Source of the DNA: Alphaproteobacteria bacterium
GTDB taxonomy: Bacteria; Pseudomonadota; Alphaproteobacteria; MPNO01; UBA830
Length of the DNA stretch: 64,000 bases
Assembly: GCA_964291215.2 (NCBI GenBank)
Contig: OZ219790.1
Span: 1,792,001-1,856,000 of the forward strand
Direction: 5' to 3'
The notes under the pieces were generated by a model. That model saw only the letters and a list, made by a program, of their open reading frames with translations. It was not told the origin of the DNA and searched no databases. Positions within the stretch are counted from its first letter, which is position 1. Every line of letters begins with the position of its first letter. The position numbers were made by a program, and so were the translations under genes. Below are positions 33,565 to 42,646 of this stretch, one piece after another.

Positions 33565-35734
33565 CATTTTCAGTTGCTTGTTGAACCCTTCCGGGCCATC
33601 TTTCTGCTTCACGACTTCTACTTCAGCCATCATATCGCCAGTCTTTTCCACCACTATAATTGTGTCGGCGTCGTTCTCGAAAACTCCGGAGCCGCGAGTA
33701 GCACCGCGCCCACCGGAGCTTTCCTTTTTCGTATGAGCCACGATCATTATAGCTGATTTCAGTTCGTCGCGCAAGTAGCCCGCCATTTCCGTCAACAGAC
33801 TGGCCGTCTCGCTCGCATTTTCGTTATGTCCTGATATAGCTCTCCCTAGAGTATCCACAACAACAAGGGTATAGCGTTCGTCAAGATCAAGTAGACTGTC
33901 AACGAGCTCATTTACTTTCTCCTCCGGTGTACTGATCCGCGGTACAGAATCAACGTATCTACTCACCCCTTGTTGGGTTCTGATTGGCCGTAGTGCTCGT
34001 TGATGATGTCTGCGGCTTTTCCGTCGAGGGCGATCTGGGTGGCGACGAGTGGGTTGTAGCCGAGTGCCGCCATGGAGGTGAGGTAGCTTGAGCCCCGGCA
34101 CCATGCTTTTGCGTGGAGCGGAAGCATCCGGACACCTTGACCTTTGCCATCCTGATTTTCTGTTCTCCGGCATTGTTGGTGAAGCTGACGTTGGGGTCGT
34201 CTGTGAAGCGCAGGTTTTCGTGTTTCACGAGACGTTCGTGCAGGTTGTGCGCGTCGGACTTGCGTCCACGTTTTCCTTTCGGCGGCGGCGGGATGTCGGG
34301 CAGTTCCCTGGCGCCCTGATGGTGCGGTAGCGCTTGCGCACGGCCCGGAGGTCGGCCTCGTTCAGGGTCTTGGATGCGCTCTTGTTGACCTTGTGGCAGA
34401 CCTCGCGGAGCAGGCTCTTCATAAGTCGCGCGGTAGCCTCGACGACAAAGGTCAGTTCGCGCAGCAGGTGGCTGCCGCACAGCTGGTGGCTACACTGGTC
34501 ATAGCCCATGTACGAGGCCCAGCAGTCGTGGACCAGGACGCCCTTGTAACACGGGCCGATCTCTTGCCCGCGCTTGCGGTGCGGGAACTTGCACGTCAGG
34601 GTCCCACGACATGGAGCCACTTGCTATTGATCCGAAATCATCGACATCGGGCGTTGCAGGAGGTGCGCCACGGCGGCCTCCTCCCATGACGCATCGTGAA
34701 AGCATAGCCGAGGCCTCGGAGAGCTTGATGCCGGAGATCGCCTGCACGAACGCGACGGCACGGCGCAGGGATAGCATCTGGGCGACCAGCAGGTTGATGA
34801 CGAGGGCCTGGATGCCGATGCCGTACTGCACAGGATGTTTTCGGGGAACCGGCCCTTGGTTCGGGCCTTGCACTTCGGGCATTCCTTGATCTCGGCGCGG
34901 CGCTCGACGACCTCGAACACGATGTCGTGCGGCGCTCCCGATCGACGGGGCCGTCGATGTCGGCGCCGCAGGCGTCGCAGGCCGCGACCGTTTCCTCGAC
35001 GATGGTCTTGCGCAGGTTGTCGCCCATCTGCCGGTTCGGTTTCGGGCCCTTGCCGTTGCTCCCGGCACGCTCTTGTCCGTCTGTGACGGCGGCAGACCGG
35101 AGTTCCGGCTCGTGCGTGGTCTTCTCCAGAAGGACGACGATGAGGATGTCGAGCAGGATGACGAAGACGCGGATCACGGCCTCTTTCGGCACCTTGCCGG
35201 CAGCGCCGCGATCTTGGCCGCTTCGAACTCCTCGCGCGCCGCCCGTCGCCATCACCCGGCCTTGCGCTTCATCAGCGCGCCGCTTCCGAGATGCGTTTTC
35301 ACATACAGATCATGCGGGGGCCGGAGCCCCGGAAGCAGCTGGCACAGCCCGCTCGTCGCCTTCGATCCAAAGTAGCCCACTGGCGGTCCCCGTCGTTCTC
35401 GATTACCACCACTAAACGAATCGGCCTGCAGTGTCAAATCTCCACGAAAACCCGTTCGTTGCTCTACCCCGACATCAAGCCGGAACCAGGGGGTGAGCAG
35501 TTACGAATCAACAAACAAAATATTTTTCGACTCTACCTTAGCCCCGTGGTGTCGCTCCCAGGCAAGCAAGCGTTTCCCCATACCTGATCTACCTTCACCG
35601 AGCATGTACACCACAGGTCCGGTCTCGGACGTAGCCCACACATGGCCGGACTTGCGGATTACGCAACCTGATGCCACGGGCAGAGCCATATCCAAAGCTA
35701 TGAAACTCTTGTACGAACTGTACGAGCCAGTCAA
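33565..35734 (-). pseudogene. Lower-GC RepA/AAA_25-type helicase-ATPase fragment interrupted by IS66 copy 2
   Basis: Removing 33955-35504 plus one target repeat gives an open frame ...GSYSSYKSF (Walker A-like)...NILFVDSVPR...LVVVDTL (Walker B)...IVAHTKK...RGSG...KQKDG. Confidence 0.75.
33955..35504 (-). mobile_element. Degenerate IS66-family element, copy 2 (no intron), with 8-bp target duplication
   Basis: Same termini as copy 1; GAATCAAC at 33947-33954 and 35505-35512; retains VLVHDCWASY and HQLCGSHLLREL. Confidence 0.93.
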
Positions 35735-35904
35735 CTTCCGCTCCACGCAAAAGCATGGTGCCGGGGCTCAAGCTACCTCACCTCCATGGCCGCACTCGGC
35801 TACAATCATCACGTCGCAACCCAGATCGCCCTCGACGGAAAAGCCGCAGACATCATCAACGAGCACTACGACCAATCAGAACCCAACTAGGGGTGAGTAG
35901 ATAC
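35735..35904 (+). mobile_element. Isolated right-end fragment of the IS66-like element
   Basis: Matches the last ~170 bp of the other copies, ending GGGGTGAGTAGATAC. Confidence 0.88.
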
Positions 35905-36011
35905 TACAACAGAACAAAAATGGAATCCAGATTCCGCCGATAAATCCCGCAACCCCTCTTGAACCGAGCCGGATTGGTCACTATATTCTTTTTATTGGGA
36001 AGGGGCGATAG

Positions 36012-36991
36012 ATGACGCAGAAGGCACCCCGAAAGAGCCACCGCAAGGGGATCACGCTGACCCAGCTCTTCAAGAGGTTCCCGGACGACGAGACCGCAAC
36101 GGCATGGGTCGCGGGCATCCGCTGGCCGGGCGGGGCGACCTGCCCACATTGCGGCAGCGACCGGATCACCCATCCGGTGAAGCACAAGACGATGACCCAT
36201 CGCTGCAAGGCCTGCCGCAAGTGGTTCTCGGTCCGCACCGGAACCTGCATGGAGTCCTCGAAGCTCGGGCTGCAGGTCTGGGTGATCGCGGTCTACCTGC
36301 TGAACACCGGGCTCAAGGGACAGGCGTCCATGAAACTGCATCGCGACCTAGGCGTGACGCAGAAGACGGCATGGCACTTGGCGCACCGTATCCGCGAGGC
36401 ATGGGAAGACAACGGCGGGAACCTGTTTGCCGGGCCGGTGGAAGCGGATGAGACCTAGACATTGGCGGGAAGCGTAAAAACAAGTCCAACGCCGAGCGCA
36501 AGGTCGCGACGGGGCGCGGCACGGTGGACATGGAAGCCGTGGTCGGCACGAAGGACCGGGAGACCAACGAGGTCCGCGCCCGCCATGTCGCCGAGACCGG
36601 TATTCCTCATGTCGCCGGGTTCGTGGCGGAACAGACCAAGCCGGGCGCGAAGGTCTACACCGATGACGCCAAGGTGTACGGTGCGCTCGATCCGTGGTTC
36701 GACAGGGAGAGTGTCAATCACTCCGTCTCCGAATTCGTCCGGGGCATGGCTCACACGAACGGGATGGAATCCTTCTGGGCGATGGTGAAGCGCGGCTATC
36801 AGGGCACCTACCACAAGATGAACCCCAAGCACCTGCAACGCTATGTCGGGGAGTTCTCCGGTCGACACAACATCCGGCCTGCCGACACGCTGGAGCAGAT
36901 GGCCGCGACCGTCGCCGGGCTAGTCGGGAAGCGGCTGCGGTATCGCGACCTGATCGCCGACAACGGGCTGGAGTCGGGAGCGCGGTCATGA
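36012..36991 (+). pseudogene. IS1595-family transposase with one frameshift/stop near 36456
   Basis: RWPGGATCPHCG, CKACRK, GPVEADET then IGGKRK, VYTDD, VNHS, HTNGMESFW, KHLQRY. Confidence 0.9.
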
Positions 36992-37010
36992 AACGGGATG
37001 GAGATGACGA

Positions 37011-37391
37011 ATGACCGTTGAAGATGTTCTTGCCCGAGTAAAGCCGTTGGCCGTCGAGTACTATCGCCTGACGGGGAAACCGCTCGGTGTCACCTCAGAA
37101 ATAGGTGAATTTGAAGTTGCTCGCCTATTGGAACTGGAACTCGAACCAGCGAGAAATCCCGGTTATGACGCAAAGGACCCTGCGGGCCGACGATACCAAA
37201 TCATAGCTCGCTCGCTGGATGACCCGTTGCGCAAGGGGTCGGAAAAAACCGGCGCGCTGAACGATAAAGAGTGGGACGCAGCTCTTTTGGCTCTCATGGA
37301 CCGGCAGTTTACGGTGTTAGAGATTTGGGAAGCGGATAGGGCTGCTGTAGACGGTGAGTTGAACCGACCAGGTAGCAAGGCGCGGATGTGA
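37011..37391 (+). CDS. IS1595 passenger, PD-(D/E)XK nuclease-like hypothetical protein; probably frameshifted near the C-terminus
   Basis: LTGKPLGVTSEIGE, NPGYDA, YQIIAR; a plausible continuation LSLSKFKQIG lies in another frame. Confidence 0.5.
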   Translation: MTVEDVLARVKPLAVEYYRLTGKPLGVTSEIGEFEVARLLELELEPARNPGYDAKDPAGRRYQIIARSLDDPLRKGSEKTGALNDKEWDAALLALMDRQFTVLEIWEADRAAVDGELNRPGSKARM

Positions 37392-37459
37392 CGGCAACTG
37401 TCCCTGTCGAAGTTCAAGCAAATCGGTCATTTGCGCTATTCTTCCGCAGATAGTGCATC

Positions 37460-37615
37460 ATGACCGACAATCCCAAGCGCGGCCCCGGCCGTCCGGTGGA
37501 GAAGCCTTTGCCGAAACCTATCGACGATTCCCCGGAAAATGTGATGCGGGCGATCCTCTCGACACCACCGAAGAAGGACAAGGACTGGCGGTATCTGCGG
37601 GAGGCGGACGACTAG
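37460..37615 (+). CDS. Small 51-aa IS1595-associated protein (absent from ORF track)
   Basis: MTDNPKRGPGRPVEKPLPKPIDDSPENVMRAILSTPPKKDKDWRYL, just inside the element end. Confidence 0.6.
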   Translation: MTDNPKRGPGRPVEKPLPKPIDDSPENVMRAILSTPPKKDKDWRYLREADD

Positions 37616-37657
37616 TCGCCCGCTTGGTCACTTAGATATATAATCCCCAAAATTTGC

Positions 37658-37720
37658 GCAACATCCGGCCCTCATCTCCGTTCGGGCTACGCACTCACTG
37701 CGATGAGGGCCGGGTGTTGC
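37658..37720. repeat. 19-bp inverted repeat hairpin
   Basis: GCAACATCCGGCCCTCATC ... GATGAGGGCCGGGTGTTGC (one mismatch), 25-nt loop. Confidence 0.75.
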
Positions 37721-37743
37721 ACTTCAGACTGGAAGTGAGGTCT

Positions 37744-37829
37744 TGTCAATCAAATGATTGACATACAGGTCTTGAATGTCAATTAATTAATTGACGTTGC
37801 GTTTTATGCCGCATATGAATATATTGACA
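37744..37829. promoter_or_regulatory. Operator-like palindromes upstream of mobile mystery protein A
   Basis: TGTCAATCAAATGATTGACA (37744), TGTCAATTAATTAATTGACG (37777), third half-site ATTGACA at 37823. Confidence 0.65.
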
Positions 37830-37861
37830 AATAGAATGTGATGTTAAGAAATTGATATACG

Positions 37862-38326
37862 ATGAGTGTTCGAAAGACCATAGAACGACAACACCGGTTG
37901 ATCGTGGATCGTGCAGCCTCTCAGCTTTCTGATGTCCAAACGCCATCGGAAGGCTGGGTCTTCACTGTACGCAAAGCGCTGGGCATGTCCGGAGCACAGC
38001 TTGCGCGCCGTCTCGGTGTGACACGTGCTGCCGTTTCGCAAACTGAAAAGAACGAGGTAAGCGGCAGTGTAACGCTCAAGCACATGCAAAATGTCGCCGA
38101 AGCGCTTGGCTGCCGGTTTGTCTGCGCCATCGTGCCCGAAGGTCGCATTGAAGATGTGATCCGAAATCAGGCCGAGCGCAAGGCAACCAAACTTGTCCGC
38201 CGTGCAAGTGGATACATGGCGTTGGAAAGCCAGTCCCTTCCACCTGAAAAACTCAAAGAGGAGATCGTACGCCTGCGTGATGATCTGATGCGCGAAATGC
38301 CTTCCGATTTCTGGGAGGGCAAATGA
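37862..38326 (+). CDS. Mobile mystery protein A (Xre-type HTH)
   Basis: GWVFTVRKALGMSGAQLARRLGV, MALESQ; overlaps the downstream Fic gene. Confidence 0.88.
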   Translation: MSVRKTIERQHRLIVDRAASQLSDVQTPSEGWVFTVRKALGMSGAQLARRLGVTRAAVSQTEKNEVSGSVTLKHMQNVAEALGCRFVCAIVPEGRIEDVIRNQAERKATKLVRRASGYMALESQSLPPEKLKEEIVRLRDDLMREMPSDFWEGK

Positions 38327-38943
38327 TCAATGACGACGCACCGGAAGATGCAACACCCCTTGATCCCGACGAGCGTGAAGGTCTCAAGCACCAACACATC
38401 ATCACACGTGGTGAACTAGATGAGTTGGAGCAGGCCAATATTCAGACCGGCCTGCAATGGGTATCGAGGACTCGCCAGCGCGACATCTTGAATGATGAGT
38501 TCTTGCGCACGCTCCACAAACGTTTGTTTGGAGAGGTATGGGATTGGGCCGGGACCTATCGCCAGACAGAAAAGAATATCGGCATCGATCCGCTTCATAT
38601 CGGCGCAGAACTCCGCACGCTGGTCGATAATGCGCGCTACTGGGCCGAACATGGTACCTATCCGCCGCTCGAATCTGCCGCGCGCTTTCACCACCGCATG
38701 GTGCAGATACATCCATTCCCCAATGGCAATGGCCGCCATGCGCGCATCGCGGCAGACCTCTATCTGGAGCGACATTTCGGGCATGACGAAATCGAGTGGA
38801 CGCATGGTTTTGATCTAAAGGCGGACAATGAGCGCCGCAGCGCCTATATCGCCGCACTGCGCGCGGCTGACGGCGGAGACTATGCGCCTCTCTTGGCATT
38901 CGTGGACGCGGGGCAGGCGGATCAGCCGAGCGATCCGGCCTGA
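38323..38943 (+). CDS. Mobile mystery protein B (Fic domain)
   Basis: ATPLDPDEREGL, VWDWAG, canonical HPFPNGNGRHAR. Confidence 0.9.
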   Translation: MINDDAPEDATPLDPDEREGLKHQHIITRGELDELEQANIQTGLQWVSRTRQRDILNDEFLRTLHKRLFGEVWDWAGTYRQTEKNIGIDPLHIGAELRTLVDNARYWAEHGTYPPLESAARFHHRMVQIHPFPNGNGRHARIAADLYLERHFGHDEIEWTHGFDLKADNERRSAYIAALRAADGGDYAPLLAFVDAGQADQPSDPA

Positions 38944-38949
38944 TCGTTC

Positions 38950-39263
38950 CGATTGGTTTTTGTCCAATTTCCGGGCATCCGGGCGTGCTCTATGGCTGCG
39001 TCACCAAGCCGCGATTTTCGCGTCTTGGCCCATATGGGTGATTGAACTGAGCCGCGTTCCGCGGCGGTGGTTTTTCTGCGTCGGGTGATGTTCCTGGCTG
39101 AGTTCTTCGCGGTTGACAGGTCCTGGTTTGCGCCTTCAGCCGTTGCCATCTTTCTGTCGTGTCCTGACAATCGGTTGCGGATGCACCGGCGAGCACTGTT
39201 TCGCACGGTGTCGTCGCTGACCGATCGCACCGCAATGGAGACGACAGATGACGCCTTAGCGCC
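38950..39263 (-). mobile_element. Possible degraded IS terminal remnant
   Basis: Short similarity to the 3900-3940 region (GATTT..CGCGTCT..ATGGG); no clear ORF. Confidence 0.25.
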
Positions 39264-40710
39264 GTATCTACTCACCCCTAGTTGGGTTCTGATTGGTCGT
39301 AGTGCTCGTTGATGATGTCTGCGGCTTTTCCGTCGAGGGCGATCTGGGTGGCGACGAGTGGGTTGTAGCCGAGTGCGGCCATGGAGGTGAGGTAGCTTGA
39401 GCCCCATGCTTTTGCGTGGAGCGGAAGCATCCGGACACCTTGACCTTTGCCATCCTGATCTTCTGTTCTCCGGCATTGTTGGTGAAGCTGACATCGGGGT
39501 CGTCTGTGAAGCGCAGGTTTTCGTGTTTCACGAGACGTTCGTGCAGGTTGTGCGCGTTTGCGATGCGTTTTCCTTTCGGCGGCGGCGGGATGTCGGGCAG
39601 TTCCCTGGCGCCCTGATGGTGCGGTAGCGCCCGGCGTCGTTCAGGGTTTTGGATGCGCTCTTGTTGATCTTGTGGCAGACCTCGCGGAGTAGGCTCTTCA
39701 TCAGTCGCGCGGTAGCCTCGACGACAAAGGTCAGTTCGCGCAGCTGGTGGCTGCCGCTGGTGGCTACACTGCCATGTACGAGGCCCAGGACGCCCTTGTA
39801 GCACGGGCCGATCTCTTGCTTGCGGTGCGGGAACTTGCACGTCCCGACGACATGGAGCCACTTGCTGTTGATCCGAAATCGTCGACATCGGGCGTTGCAG
39901 GAGGTGCGCCACGGCGACCTCCTCCCATGACGCATCGTGAAAGCATGGCCGAGGCCTCGGAGAGCTTGATGCCGGAGATCGCCTGCACGAGCGCGACGGC
40001 GCAGGGACAGCATCCGGGCGACCAGCAGGTTGATGACGAGGGCCTGAATGCCGTACTGCACGGGATGTTGTCGGGGAACCGGCCCCGGGCCTTGCACTTC
40101 GGGCATTCCTCGGCGCGGCGCGACCTCGAACACGATGTCGTGCGGCGCTCCCGATCGACGGGGCCGTCAGCACCGCAGGCATCGCAGGCCGCGACCGTCT
40201 CCTCGACGATGATCTTGCGCAGGGTGTCGCCCATCTGCCGGTTCGGCTTCGGGCCCTTGCCGTTGCTCCCGGCACGCTCTTGTCCGTCTGTGACGGCGGC
40301 AGACCGGAGTTCCGGCTCGTGCGTGGTCTTCTCCAGAAGGACGACGATGATGATGTCGAGCAGGATGACGAGGACGCGGATGACGGCCTCTTCCGCCACC
40401 TTGCCGGCAGCGCCGCGGTCTTGGCCGCTTCGAACTCCTCGCGCGCCGCCCGTCGCCATCACCCGGCCTTGCGCTTCATCAGCGCGCCGCTTCCGAGATG
40501 CGTTTCCACATACAGATCATGCGGGGGCTGGAGCCTCGGAAGCAGCTGGCACAGCCCGCTCGTCGCCTTCGATCCAAAGTAGCCCACTGGCGGTCCCCGT
40601 CGTTCTCGATTACCACCACTAAACGAATCGGCCTGCAGTGTCAAATCTCCACGAAAACCCGTTCGTTACTCTACCCCGACATCAAGCCGGAACCAGGGGT
40701 GAGCAGTTAC
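39264..40710 (-). mobile_element. Degenerate IS66-family element, copy 3 (no intron)
   Basis: Same termini and near-identical internal sequence; flanks do not match each other. Confidence 0.92.
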
Positions 40711-41030
40711 GCTGTTTGAAAGGTGCGGGACGCTATGCCGACCTTGTTCGATCTGCTGGAAAGTGAGTCCGAGCCGTCGGTGCGGGCCGTGCTCGGGCAC
40801 TGGCTGTTCGGCTATATCCATTCTTATCCGGACGGCAACGGACGCATGGCGCACTTTGTCATGAACGTGATGCTCACCTCCAGCGGCTATCCATGGATCG
40901 TCATCCGGGTCGAGGATCGTGATGTCTACTTGGCAGCGTTAGAAGCCGCCAGCATCGATCAGGACATAAACCGGTTCGCGCGGTTTGTGGCCGAAAGGGT
41001 TAATGGTCGCTGGAGCAGGCGGCGTGAAAT
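40711..41030 (+). pseudogene. C-terminal fragment of a Fic family protein truncated by IS66 copy 3
   Basis: GHWLFGYIHSYPDGNGRMAHF (degenerate Fic motif), GYPW, YLAALE. Confidence 0.75.
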
Positions 41031-41331
41031 CATGACAGATGACCAGCTCGATGACCTGAAATATCTGGTGCAGAAAAAGCCCGTCGTGCTGTCTCAGTTC
41101 GAAGGCGAGAAATGGTCGCGCCTCCGCGAGTCCCGACGCGGCGCTAATGAACTCACGATTGCGCGATCTCACGATCTGTTCGAAACGGTGCGGGTGCCGA
41201 CCGCTTGCCTTGTCATTGGCAAGGATGGTGGCGGGAGCGAGATTTATTCCGGGCTGGCCAGCTCGCGCAGCATCGTCACGACACTGGAATCGCGGTTCAA
41301 GGTCAAGCAGGCTCTGGATATCCAGCCTTGA
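41031..41331 (+). pseudogene. Fragment of an unidentified gene read in frame with the Fic remnant
   Basis: Protein-like MTDDQLDDLK...LRESRRG..., early stop. Confidence 0.35.
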
Positions 41332-41787
41332 TCAAAGGCCGCTATCCTGAAGTTTGTCACCGACCAGGCCCATTCACGCAATCTTCGTGACAGGCTTTCA
41401 TCCCGTAAATCTGTCATCGCCCTGTCGCCGAAGCTCAGCGTTCCTGCCGGGGATCTGCCGCAACCATCGGGCAGCTGATCAGGCGGCCAGAACAGCACCT
41501 CTCTGCCTCCGCGAGCCACTCTCACCGCGTAAAGCTGGAGCGGCGGACTTGCAACTGTCTGGAGGCTTCTGAAATTGTTCTTGTCTTTCGGCATGTTGCA
41601 TGCCAGATTCCAAAAACTCGAGATTCAGTTCGAGTAAGCGCTCGTTCGTGCAGTGAGGTGTTGTTGTTTCCGTCCGTTTGACGGGCCTTTGTCAGGGGTT
41701 CCAGCGTCACCCGGAGCGGTTTCGTGCACGACTTCCTTACGCCCATGCAATGTTTGCGGATTCCGGGATTTGCATTACCTTCGGGTC

Positions 41788-42465
41788 ATGACAACCACCG
41801 CCATCGAATCCGCCCTTGCCCGAGTTCGCGACCGGATCGCCGACGCAGCGCGCACCGCAGGACGCAATCCGCGGGACGTGTCCCTGATTGCGGTTTCCAA
41901 GGCTCATCCGCAGACCAGCGCATGTTCCGCCCTGACGGCGGGCCACCGGACCTTCGGAGAGAACCGCGTGCAGGAGGCCGCTGCCAAATGGCCGGAACTC
42001 AGGCAGCGGTTCGCGGGCATCGATCTGCACCTGATAGGGCCGCTCCAGACCAACAAGGCTGCCGACGCCGTTGCGCTGTTCGACGTCATCCAGACCCTCG
42101 ACCGCGAAAGGCTGGCCCGCGCGCTGGCTCGGGAATTCGAGAGGCAGGACCGGGCGCCGGCGCTCTTCGTCCAAGTCAATACGGGAAAAGAAGGGCAGAA
42201 GGCCGGGGTCATTCCCGGCAGCGCGGACGCGTTCATCGCGCGATGCCGGGGCGAATACGGGCTGCCGATCGCCGGACTGATGTGCATTCCGCCGGTCCGG
42301 GACAATCCCGAACCCCATTTCGCCATGCTTGCCACCATCGCGGCCCGGAACTGCGTCAGCCGCCTGAGCATGGGCATGTCCGCCGACTTCGAGACCGCGG
42401 TCAGCCTTGGCGCTACCGAGGTGCGCGTGGGCACGGCGATATTCGGAGCACGGCCCGCGCCCTGA
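41788..42465 (+). CDS. yggS: YggS family PLP homeostasis protein
   Basis: LIAVSK, FGENRVQE, HLIGPLQTNK, GLMCIPP, LSMGMSAD, VRVGTAIFG. Confidence 0.95.
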   Translation: MTTTAIESALARVRDRIADAARTAGRNPRDVSLIAVSKAHPQTSACSALTAGHRTFGENRVQEAAAKWPELRQRFAGIDLHLIGPLQTNKAADAVALFDVIQTLDRERLARALAREFERQDRAPALFVQVNTGKEGQKAGVIPGSADAFIARCRGEYGLPIAGLMCIPPVRDNPEPHFAMLATIAARNCVSRLSMGMSADFETAVSLGATEVRVGTAIFGARPAP

Positions 42466-42646
42466 TCCGCTGCCCTCGGCACTGCCCCTTCCTCTGTATC
42501 CGAAAAACCCGACAGGAAAGACTGACCTCCGCCAACCAGCCAACGCCGGCGGACCGTCGCATTTCCCGCCGTCGGCGGACCCGATGCGGCACAGCAGCCA
42601 AAAAGGAGATAGAAAAGAAACCGGCGTGGCCGCCGCCGGAATCCGC

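Larger units (their letters stand above)
35950..37648 (+). mobile_element. IS1595-family element with passenger genes; left end uncertain
   Basis: Transposase, two passenger ORFs, then probable right end CACTTAGATATATAATCCCC. Confidence 0.65.

Noticed and set aside
36456-36458. TAG in the IS1595 transposase as pyrrolysine or readthrough
   Set aside because: The downstream sequence is in another frame, so it is a frameshift lesion
40723-41331. 202-aa ORF as a novel Fic fusion protein
   Set aside because: 5'-truncated by IS66 with a degenerate Fic motif; more likely two decayed genes in frame
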